Below, in pieces: positions 55,610 through 64,000 of a stretch of 64,000 nucleotides of DNA (positions are counted from its first letter, which is position 1; the number at the start of each line of letters is the position of its first letter). A program made the position numbers and the translations under genes. Where the stretch lies: positions 1 to 64,000 of the IMG/VR virus record IMGVR_UViG_3300021085_000013. The stretch is one strand, 5' to 3'. The DNA comes from an uncultured virus (IMG/VR IMGVR_UViG_3300021085_000013) (taxonomy: Duplodnaviria; Heunggongvirae; Uroviricota; Caudoviricetes). The notes beneath the pieces were generated by a model, which saw only the letters and a program-made list of their open reading frames with translations, was not told the DNA's origin and ran no database searches.

Positions 55610-57666
55610 TATATTATTTCTACTTTTCCGTGATACAATAGGGACTCAGTTTCTCCATTCTTTATATTAATATAGAATTTATCTTCAAATTTATTCGTAT
55701 CGGTTTTATCAAATCTAACAGCGGTTGTTTTAGGTATTTTAAAAAACACCTCTCCTAATCCTAAATCTATATTAGGAAATGATGGATCATGTGTCATTCT
55801 TTGTTCCGTAGCACCGCTTTTAATTATTAGTACTATATTTTCTGCACTTACTAATGAAACTGCTTTTTTATCGTCTCCGAATGGTTGTGCAATATTAAAT
55901 TTCACAAAGTTATCAGATACCTTAGATAATGATATCGTAGCTTTACCTTCTTCAAAAAACTTAATGTTATCTAATTCTTCAGATTCTGTTAAATCTGTTG
56001 TAACATTCGTAGCGGATGCTAATATCCCATAAGTGTCTAATGCAACTGGAACATATTTAGTTTCTCCAACACTAGGTCTAATTGAATTAACAAATTGATT
56101 TAACTCTCTATTTACTGTAGTGTTAGGAAGCTTGTTATAAATAATAGTAGGATCTACATTTCTTAGATTAATCTTTTCCATTCTAGTTCCATACTTTTTA
56201 GTATTATAAGAAGTCATGGTCGCAACTTTAATAATTTGAGTATTATCGGTTTCGTTATAAATTCTCATTGTATGTCTTATATAAAAAGAACTGGCAATGC
56301 TAGCATTAAATATGATTGGTCTAAATGGTATTGGAGCTTCATAATTTGCAGTCTGGGTAAATGTCATAGATGAAGTATCTAAAAAATCTAAACCTATTTG
56401 CTCACTGACTTCTATATCATGAAATATTATAATGTCATCACTTGAAGTTTGTATTCTTCCATTAATGTAATTTTCAAAACCTTGTCTAGAACCGTCTTTA
56501 GTTCCATATACTTGAAAATAATCCATGTCTTCTACTTCTTCTATGTTGGCTGCAATATCTAAATATTCATCTTCTCTAGAAACAGTAACGTCAATCGTGT
56601 CTTCGACGTTGATATATTCTACATTTCCTTCTTCAGTTAAGGTGTTTATTAATTTTAAACTTATTTCATAGTTAGTAGAATCTAATATTGCATCTTCGTT
56701 TTCTCCAAAAAATGCGTCGTGAAAATCTTTATTCTTAGTTGAAACATCAAAATAAATTAAAGAAGGTACCTTGATTTGTATGTATTTAGAATATGAAGTA
56801 TCACCTAATACGAATGAATTAGGATTACTTATTTCAAAATTAGAATGATTTAAATAAACTATAGATGTAAAATAATTATAAACCCCTGATTCTCTTTTAA
56901 CTTTTACCTGAAACATAAAACCTTCTTTGCCTCTTGCAGCAAATGAAAATCCTGTTTTTAGATGCAATCTAATCGTGTCATACCAAACATCTCCTACTAT
57001 ATTATCATCCACGTTTGCGAGAGAAGAATCAGTACCGTTCCACTGTGAATTATCTAAATATGCCAGATCATTTTTAAGTAAAGCCCATTTACCATCACTA
57101 TTTGATGGAACCCCATAATATCTTCCAACTTCACCTGTTGCGGTTTTAATACTATTTCCAGTTTCTTGTTCTGGTTCTGCAAATAAAGGGTTAGCTCTAT
57201 TTCCTACATTTATTTCTCCTCCTTTAAATGTATCTCCAGCTAAATTTTCATATGAATATTCAAATCTTCCATTAGTGCCAGGGGTATATACGTATGTATT
57301 ACCTATTAATTGTGTAGTTGAACCATTTATTGTGAAGCCGGCTATATTGTCTATTGTAGAATCTGATAAATTAAATTTATAAGTTTTGCCATTTTTAAGA
57401 ACTAATTGTCTCGATGCGAAGTCATTAATAAAAACATAACCATCTTGTATCTTTACACTGAAGTTAACAACATCTGCTCCTAATTCATGAATCAAGAATC
57501 TAGAGGCTGAATCATTAGATGCCTCTGTGTTTAAAAATTTAAATTGACTTCCATTGTCGTCGTTTTCTATCTTAGCATCATCTACATAATCAATGTTTTG
57601 ATCATGGTACATGAACTCCATTAGAATGTCGTCATCTAGTCTTAAGAATTTGGATGATTGTGCCAT
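55609..57666 (-). CDS. Putative virion structural protein (685 aa)
   Basis: Beta-rich acidic protein within tail gene cluster. Confidence 0.5.
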   Translation of the reverse strand: MAQSSKFLRLDDDILMEFMYHDQNIDYVDDAKIENDDNGSQFKFLNTEASNDSASRFLIHELGADVVNFSVKIQDGYVFINDFASRQLVLKNGKTYKFNLSDSTIDNIAGFTINGSTTQLIGNTYVYTPGTNGRFEYSYENLAGDTFKGGEINVGNRANPLFAEPEQETGNSIKTATGEVGRYYGVPSNSDGKWALLKNDLAYLDNSQWNGTDSSLANVDDNIVGDVWYDTIRLHLKTGFSFAARGKEGFMFQVKVKRESGVYNYFTSIVYLNHSNFEISNPNSFVLGDTSYSKYIQIKVPSLIYFDVSTKNKDFHDAFFGENEDAILDSTNYEISLKLINTLTEEGNVEYINVEDTIDVTVSREDEYLDIAANIEEVEDMDYFQVYGTKDGSRQGFENYINGRIQTSSDDIIIFHDIEVSEQIGLDFLDTSSMTFTQTANYEAPIPFRPIIFNASIASSFYIRHTMRIYNETDNTQIIKVATMTSYNTKKYGTRMEKINLRNVDPTIIYNKLPNTTVNRELNQFVNSIRPSVGETKYVPVALDTYGILASATNVTTDLTESEELDNIKFFEEGKATISLSKVSDNFVKFNIAQPFGDDKKAVSLVSAENIVLIIKSGATEQRMTHDPSFPNIDLGLGEVFFKIPKTTAVRFDKTDTNKFEDKFYINIKNGETESLLYHGKVEII

Positions 57667-57681
57667 TGTTTATTTATTATT

Positions 57682-58503
57682 TTAAAATCTAAGAAATTTA
57701 GGTGACCAGTATACTCCTATACCGATTGATGGACCAGTACTTATAACTTGATTGTTATTCAAATTAATTCCATATTGAAATCCAACACCAATAGACCACC
57801 CTGCTTTTTTCTCATATTTATTATTTAATCTATCGTTAACTAAGTTTATATTTTCTATATTAGTGAACGTTACTCCTTTATATGGAGTTGTAATTTTAAG
57901 TCTGTCAAATCCTTCTTCATTAATGATGGCAGCACTTAAACCTATTCCCTGTATAATATCAAATCTAGAAGAGAATAAATTATAATTAGTGCTATCCTTT
58001 AAAAGAGATATACTTCCTTGAAATCTTCTCCAGTTATATTTATCAAACTCCCACTTATCGTTTACGTCAACTGTTATCGTATCTATATTATTTATAGAAT
58101 CTGTATCTACCGTTACAACTCCATTCGCGTTTATTATCGAATCTTTTACGTTTAGTGTTGTTGAAAGTAAATTATTAACATTTTCTAATTCGTTATTAAT
58201 ATTTAATTGATTAGCATATTTAGAAACTAGTTTTTTATTGCTTTCAGTTAAAGTGTTTACATCATACTCAAAGGATCTTATACTAGAAACTAATTCTTTA
58301 TTTTTATTCTTTTCAATTATAATAGTATCTTGCGTCGCCTTATAGTTATTAAGATTTCTATCTGAAACCTGCTGAACCTGAACTATCTCTCTTTTTAAAT
58401 TTTGATTAGAATTACATTGTTGTAAAAGACAGAACACCAAAATCGCAAGTCCTCCGAAAAGAATTGCGTTTTTGTAAAGTTTATATGTGTTCAGTATATT
58501 CAT
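57682..58503 (-). CDS. Membrane-anchored coiled-coil protein, possibly spanin-like
   Basis: N-terminal hydrophobic helix ending LLQQC, coiled coil, C-terminal WSIGVGFQYG...IGIGVYW beta-hairpin. Confidence 0.5.
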   Translation of the reverse strand: MNILNTYKLYKNAILFGGLAILVFCLLQQCNSNQNLKREIVQVQQVSDRNLNNYKATQDTIIIEKNKNKELVSSIRSFEYDVNTLTESNKKLVSKYANQLNINNELENVNNLLSTTLNVKDSIINANGVVTVDTDSINNIDTITVDVNDKWEFDKYNWRRFQGSISLLKDSTNYNLFSSRFDIIQGIGLSAAIINEEGFDRLKITTPYKGVTFTNIENINLVNDRLNNKYEKKAGWSIGVGFQYGINLNNNQVISTGPSIGIGVYWSPKFLRF

Positions 58504-58519
58504 ATATTAAATCTAAATT

Positions 58520-61500
58520 TTATCCTGAGAACTCTCCGGTTCCGTCGCCGTTTTCTGCGCCACCGTTTGTGTTTGTTGCCTTTTTATTATTTCCTCCAAG
58601 AGGCTGTATGTTACCCGGTGCCTGTGTGGCCCAATTTGAAGCATTACTACTGTCGGTGTATTGACCTCCGTTGGCATATAAAAAATGTCCAAATAAAAGA
58701 GCAATATTATCTCCTGGATTTGATGCATTATAATTTAGAATTTGATCTACTACTGACGAATCTAAAAGAACCTTAAATTCCACTGTTTGATATCTTCTAA
58801 ACATGATGTCTTCTTGTCCAAACCTCCATGAATGTGAATCCATGAAAGAAGTACCCGCTGCTTCTGTACTACCCACAGTCACATTATATCCTCCTTGTAG
58901 AGCCGTTCTACCTCCCATATAATTGAATCCATATTCGTATGGACCATACGGATTCGTACCGCTATTATTATTTCCTGTACCTCTAGCTTGGCCGTCGTCA
59001 TAATGTACAGCTCTCCAATGATCATCTCCTTCGTCGTATGTATATGGATCTAAATATTGTACAACATCATTTGCCGTAATACCTAGAGAGGGGTATTGTG
59101 ATTGTATTTCTGATAGGTTAAACGTAGTTATCACAGGTAATAAAATTTGATCTGCCGCACTATTCCCATTATTGGTTATAGGGTCGATTGCAACCTGTAT
59201 AGGCTGGGTGTATATTCCTTTACGACTAACTAGTGAATCTCCTGCAGAAATTGTCATAGCCGGAGGATAAATTCTTGAGATGTATGATTCACTATCATAC
59301 CATTCGTCATCAGCTAAAGCATTTCCAGTTCTATCTGAATCATAACATCCGGAAAATGAGTCTGGATACATTCCACCTCCACTTGGATTTGGAAAGTTAA
59401 CCCATGGAGTCGCCGGATATTGCGCATCATAGCTGCTAATTGCATTCTCATTAGAATCCGGTAATCTTACGAAATATCCCTCCACAGCAGAAAGGTTTGA
59501 AATTCCGCGCCATGATGAATCTGCTAACCTAGCTCCAACTGGATTAGGATATGCTGCGGAAGGCGTTACAGTGTTTCCATATATGTCAGTGACACTAGAA
59601 GTTGAAACGCTCGTTAACATTGGATTTATAGTATACCAATGTCCGGTTAGACTGTAGCCGACGCCATCTGCATAATAAAATACATCACCTGCTACATAAG
59701 TAGCTCCGGTGCTAAAAGTACCTCTGTCATTCCATGTTCCAGTAACAAATGCTGGAGATGGTACTGCGTATGGTGTTGATGTAGGCTGATTTGGATTTGG
59801 CAACCTATATTCGTTCCAATTAACAAACCATGAATAATGATCTAGTGATGAATAAAAACCCAAAAGATTACTGTTATCGTTATCACTACCTGTTTGGTAC
59901 CATGCTTTTCCTTTCATTTGCACAGTTAAAATTAAATTTTCACCATACTCTAAATTATGCGATCCTATTGTGTCAACCACATAAGTAAAATCACTTTCAT
60001 CATGATCTAATATTTTTACACTTCCGAATCTATACCTAAGTTGTTTAGTCAATGCCTGGTCAGCTGTTGGTTGAGATGTGTCCATTCTAGTTTGCTCCAT
60101 TGCAAACTCATATTGTGCATTAACTGGGGCCATCGATGGCTTTTGCCATCCAAGTACGCCACCGCTCTCTGGATCTACACCGCCTCCACTTAAAATAGTG
60201 GATTTGGTGGCATTAAAGAAATCTATTGTTGCCGGTGGAGCTCCTGCTGCTTTAAAGTAGAATCCAGGTAGACCTAAATAAATAAGTTGTGGAGTTCTAA
60301 CAATTTTATAAACTATATGATCTTCGGGTATGCTTGATGGTTCTGCCATTCCGACCGATTCATCACCTGTTACATAAGTATCTGTAAGAGTACTTCCATT
60401 TTGATTCATTGTTGCATAACTTCCTCCTAATACATTAAGAGCAACCGGTCCTGAAGTAGTATTACCGTCAGGTGTTGTTATACTATAATTAAACGAATTT
60501 AAATTTGGAACCGTATACGATTCTCCATTTTGACCTACCCATGTTTCACCATTACAGAGATACCATCCTTCATATTCAGTACCTGCAATCCCTGCTCCAA
60601 TTTCTATCTCTATATTATCCGGATTTGTTCCACTATCAATATATGTTTGAATGTTCTGAGACTGTATAAAGTTATTTGTATCTTCGTAAATAGAAGGTAA
60701 GAATGATATTATCGTTCCTATTGGTATTCCTGCTCCAATTTCTTCAGGTGTTTTAAAACCTATCGTACCATCATTATCTAGAGAAACTGCTATTTTTCCT
60801 GCAGCGGGATCAGTTCCTGGGGTAGAACTAGGACCTATGTCTATTTTAAATATTGATCCAACAAAATGAGCACTTCCTGTAGAAACAAAATTACCAGTAA
60901 ACAATGCACCATTATTAGCGTCCATTGTTAATATGTTGTTATCGCTTAAATCTTTAAATTTAAAAGAATCAGCTCTATAGTTTATATTTTTTTGAACACC
61001 TGTAGTCTCATTAAACCCAATATTTAAATTATATCTGTTTAGTGAATTACCATAGCTTGCATCAAAGTAAGTATCTGTTGTTAAATCAAAATCAGCATAT
61101 ATTCCTTGTGAATTATTAGAAACTAATCTAATATTAGAATCTACATATTGGTCGTTTTTATTTACTACTAATTGTGCTCTATATATAGGAGAACTGGAAT
61201 TTTGAATATCACCATATTCTGGATAATCGGTTGTAAATCCTAATAATACAGTAGGTGAATGATCATTCTGTGTACTGCTAATAGTATCGACTGGAACTAT
61301 TGTTTGTATATTTAAGCCTGATGTTTGATACACTACACCATCTTTCCAGAAATTAGAAACAGATGTATTAATAGGTCCTTGAGGACCTTGATCTCCACCA
61401 GTACCCTGAGGGCCTTGATCACCAGCCACACCTTGCATCCCAGTTTCTCCAATTGGACCAGTAGATCCCATTGGACCACCTCCATTGGCAACTAATTGAT

Positions 61501-61579
61501 CAAAATTATAATTAATTTTATCAAGTCTTTCCTGTTGCGAATCAGATTCTAATATCTGTTTTAAATTTGGTATAGGCAT
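58520..61579 (-). CDS. Tail fibre/appendage protein with collagen repeat and collar-like domain
   Basis: DKINYNFDQL, ~12 G-X-Y triplets, IPIGTI...GWYLCNG...VPNL. Confidence 0.75.
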   Translation of the reverse strand: MPIPNLKQILESDSQQERLDKINYNFDQLVANGGGPMGSTGPIGETGMQGVAGDQGPQGTGGDQGPQGPINTSVSNFWKDGVVYQTSGLNIQTIVPVDTISSTQNDHSPTVLLGFTTDYPEYGDIQNSSSPIYRAQLVVNKNDQYVDSNIRLVSNNSQGIYADFDLTTDTYFDASYGNSLNRYNLNIGFNETTGVQKNINYRADSFKFKDLSDNNILTMDANNGALFTGNFVSTGSAHFVGSIFKIDIGPSSTPGTDPAAGKIAVSLDNDGTIGFKTPEEIGAGIPIGTIISFLPSIYEDTNNFIQSQNIQTYIDSGTNPDNIEIEIGAGIAGTEYEGWYLCNGETWVGQNGESYTVPNLNSFNYSITTPDGNTTSGPVALNVLGGSYATMNQNGSTLTDTYVTGDESVGMAEPSSIPEDHIVYKIVRTPQLIYLGLPGFYFKAAGAPPATIDFFNATKSTILSGGGVDPESGGVLGWQKPSMAPVNAQYEFAMEQTRMDTSQPTADQALTKQLRYRFGSVKILDHDESDFTYVVDTIGSHNLEYGENLILTVQMKGKAWYQTGSDNDNSNLLGFYSSLDHYSWFVNWNEYRLPNPNQPTSTPYAVPSPAFVTGTWNDRGTFSTGATYVAGDVFYYADGVGYSLTGHWYTINPMLTSVSTSSVTDIYGNTVTPSAAYPNPVGARLADSSWRGISNLSAVEGYFVRLPDSNENAISSYDAQYPATPWVNFPNPSGGGMYPDSFSGCYDSDRTGNALADDEWYDSESYISRIYPPAMTISAGDSLVSRKGIYTQPIQVAIDPITNNGNSAADQILLPVITTFNLSEIQSQYPSLGITANDVVQYLDPYTYDEGDDHWRAVHYDDGQARGTGNNNSGTNPYGPYEYGFNYMGGRTALQGGYNVTVGSTEAAGTSFMDSHSWRFGQEDIMFRRYQTVEFKVLLDSSVVDQILNYNASNPGDNIALLFGHFLYANGGQYTDSSNASNWATQAPGNIQPLGGNNKKATNTNGGAENGDGTGEFSG

Positions 61580-61623
61580 TACTTAAATCTTTATTTATTT
61601 AGTATATATCTTAATTTATTTCT

Positions 61624-64000
61624 TTAGTCTATCGGCATTATTGTTGGGCTATCCCCGGTCATATCTTCGTCATAATACAATTCTACATTAACGTTGCTTC
61701 CACCTATTGCATTTTGCCCAGACTGTTGCCATGATTCAACAAACTCTAGAGAAAACTCCCAATTATCGCTAAGGCTTGTATTTCCAGGAATACTACCCAT
61801 AGGCAGCCATGCATTTCCACCGCCGCCAGTTGGGGATAAACATGACCCACCGCCCGTGAATATCCAATTGTTAGATGGGTTATCCTGAACACATCCATTG
61901 TTGGAACCATTACCAATAATACCTTTAATAAATTCAAATTTATATCCTGCAGCATCCGGATCCTGTATTTTAAGGAATAAGTATACTGTATTACTAAAGT
62001 TATTAACTATTCTACCGTGCGTCATAACTGAATCTCCGGCCTGATCACCTATCGCTGGATACGATGAAGGCGAGTCATTATCGCTATTATAGTATATTGA
62101 TCCTGAAGGTGGTGGAGGCGGTCCGCCACAGCTTTCTGGCATACCAGTGAAACCTGAGTCTGTGCCTATGTTCCAATATACTGAATCTTGTTTCTGCCCT
62201 TCTCCTATTAAAGGGAAGGCATTTGTCATGTTAGGTGATGATGTGTTATCTAATACCTTCTGTAATGGATATTTTCCTAAATCCTGAACAGAGCTTAAAC
62301 CTACGATAGGAGATTGTCCTAATGGAACGTAAATTTTTACGTTTTCTCCAAGATGACCTCGAACACTATTATCTAAATCAGTTTGATTATCATTAGATGC
62401 AAATTCATTATTATAATTAAATCTTTCTGTCATTGATGTAGGGTAATCTCCACTAAAGAAACATACATGTTTATTAATACCATCGCATACTGCAGTTGAT
62501 GCTCCGGCTCCTGATGCTAATGTAAATTTAGTAGACCACAAATGAAAGTTACCGTGTAGAGTTTCTCCTAAGAATCCATTCTCAGATGGTCCACCCCAAT
62601 ATTTAGATAGTGTAGGGTAATATGAATTTCCCGTATAAGGATCTCCATTGTATGTAAATGCATCTGTATATGCTATTGATCTGTACCATCCCTGCGCCGG
62701 TTTAACTATTTGATTATCGTTATCTACTTTCCATATATGGGTGGCATAATCATCATACCATTCCCATGTATTTTGGCTCGTTGAAGCCGGGTGATTATCA
62801 TAATTAAATGAACAATAATATTCTGTTATAGTGGCGTTTGAATAGACACTTCTTCCGGAAGCAATACCTCCATTATTTATCGCATCAATAATAGTTTGTT
62901 CTGTCACAGGGTCTCCAGATTGATTGCTACTATTACCGGCAGACTTTCCAAACATATAGTCCTTGTCTCCTTCTACGTCTTTTATAGATTCTCCGTATGC
63001 AAAATATTTATTTTGAGGATTTGCATAAACACTATCTCCACTCGTGATTCCTTGTCCGTAAATATATTTTTTAGATTGTCCATCGATGTGAATATAACAA
63101 TCCTGTAACTCTATTCCATTTTTGTAAAATCTTTCTCCAGCATTTGAGCTTCCACCCCATTCTTGTGAAATTGATTGACCATTTTGTCCTCCGGTCCATT
63201 GTAGAGAATCAGTGGCTTTAGTAGCAGCATAAAGGGCTGAGACATCTTTTAGTGTTCCACCATAATTGCTATTTTCTATTGGATGCCAAGACGCACTTAC
63301 TCCATTTAAAGTTATTCCAGAATTATCATTACCCCATTCATACCCGACGCTCCCGAGTCTAATTATAGAAACTTGATCACCCATTTTATCATACATGTTA
63401 TGGTTTTCATCAGCTGAATTACTTTGGAGAAGATATACATAATTTGGATTAGCATTAGGATAACCATTAATTACACTATCCGATACACCAGCTCCCATTC
63501 CAGCTCCATAAAGACCACCTAGTAATACATGTTGCTGGTGTACAAGTGTACCATTATTGACGTTATCTGTTCCATCTGGGGAAATTCCGGAAATATTATA
63601 TTCAAATGTCATAATATCTGGAGTAGCATACGATATACCACCTCCATCTCCCCATGCTTGGCCGTGACATAAATACCATCCAGAATACATACCATATCCT
63701 GCTCCAAAGTTAGATGAGAAATTATGTGCACCATTACTGTAACCTATATAAGAGGTAGTGGAGTCGTTTAAGTAAAAGTTTTGATTAAATATGTCAACGG
63801 GTATCTTTGTTATACTACCAAGCGGCATTGAATTAAATACAATTCCCGGGTTAATCCAACTTACAGTTCCTTCTGTATCTGCAGATATTAATACGTTATT
63901 AGTATTTGCAAGCACGTCGTATTTTATATTACCTACTGTAAACTTTATTTCTTGACCATTACTTTCTACTTTTATTTTTTCTTCAAAGTTAGAAAGAGTT
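61624..64000 (-). CDS. Partial (starts beyond right edge) tail fibre paralog with collar-like domain
   Basis: Frame stays open from 63915 to window end; MPLGSI...GWYLCHG...TPDI parallels the 58520 gene. Confidence 0.7.
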   Translation of the reverse strand, partial: TLSNFEEKIKVESNGQEIKFTVGNIKYDVLANTNNVLISADTEGTVSWINPGIVFNSMPLGSITKIPVDIFNQNFYLNDSTTSYIGYSNGAHNFSSNFGAGYGMYSGWYLCHGQAWGDGGGISYATPDIMTFEYNISGISPDGTDNVNNGTLVHQQHVLLGGLYGAGMGAGVSDSVINGYPNANPNYVYLLQSNSADENHNMYDKMGDQVSIIRLGSVGYEWGNDNSGITLNGVSASWHPIENSNYGGTLKDVSALYAATKATDSLQWTGGQNGQSISQEWGGSSNAGERFYKNGIELQDCYIHIDGQSKKYIYGQGITSGDSVYANPQNKYFAYGESIKDVEGDKDYMFGKSAGNSSNQSGDPVTEQTIIDAINNGGIASGRSVYSNATITEYYCSFNYDNHPASTSQNTWEWYDDYATHIWKVDNDNQIVKPAQGWYRSIAYTDAFTYNGDPYTGNSYYPTLSKYWGGPSENGFLGETLHGNFHLWSTKFTLASGAGASTAVCDGINKHVCFFSGDYPTSMTERFNYNNEFASNDNQTDLDNSVRGHLGENVKIYVPLGQSPIVGLSSVQDLGKYPLQKVLDNTSSPNMTNAFPLIGEGQKQDSVYWNIGTDSGFTGMPESCGGPPPPPSGSIYYNSDNDSPSSYPAIGDQAGDSVMTHGRIVNNFSNTVYLFLKIQDPDAAGYKFEFIKGIIGNGSNNGCVQDNPSNNWIFTGGGSCLSPTGGGGNAWLPMGSIPGNTSLSDNWEFSLEFVESWQQSGQNAIGGSNVNVELYYDEDMTGDSPTIMPID

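Noticed and set aside
3434..63108. Numerous plus-strand ORFs in the track (e.g. 4768, 8457, 10597, 41164)
   Set aside because: Antisense shadows of well-supported minus-strand genes; S/F/L-rich translations mirror E/K-rich coding
1..64000. Stop-codon reassignment
   Set aside because: Conserved genes are full length in the standard code; TAA, TAG and TGA all occur as stops
58520..64000. Diversity-generating retroelement acting on fibres
   Set aside because: No reverse transcriptase and no near-identical template/variable repeat pair noticed in the window

Overview
This 64 kb window is an AT-rich segment of a large T4-related (gp23/gp20/gp55-type) myophage genome, almost entirely coded on the minus strand in the standard genetic code. 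A Bacteroidota/Flavobacteriia host is my inference from the RNR type, A-rich leaders and TATATTAG promoters. It holds: a head module (major capsid, protease-scaffold fusion, portal, gp2/gp4-like, late sigma); a replication/recombination module (RNase H, clamp loader, putative clamp, gp46/47, helicase, primase, SSB, UvsX/Y/W, RuvC-like, NrdAB, and a family B polymerase split into two genes 3.9 kb apart); a putative DNA-glycosylation cluster (T4 alpha-glucosyltransferase homolog, all-alpha dNTP pyrophosphatase, RmlB, cytidylyltransferase) next to methylglyoxal synthase; and tail/fibre genes. The most striking signal is a ~13.5 kb block (35.8-49.3 kb) plus scattered genes whose products carry T4-internal-protein-like capsid-targeting peptides. 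Several are built as strings of small domains joined by repeated ES-x-(V/I/L)-x-E linkers, which looks like a capsid-packaged, prohead-protease-processed polyprotein cargo system. Three promoter classes, several terminators and a candidate antisense RNA loop were read directly from the DNA. Family assignments come from motif recognition only; no database searches were run.
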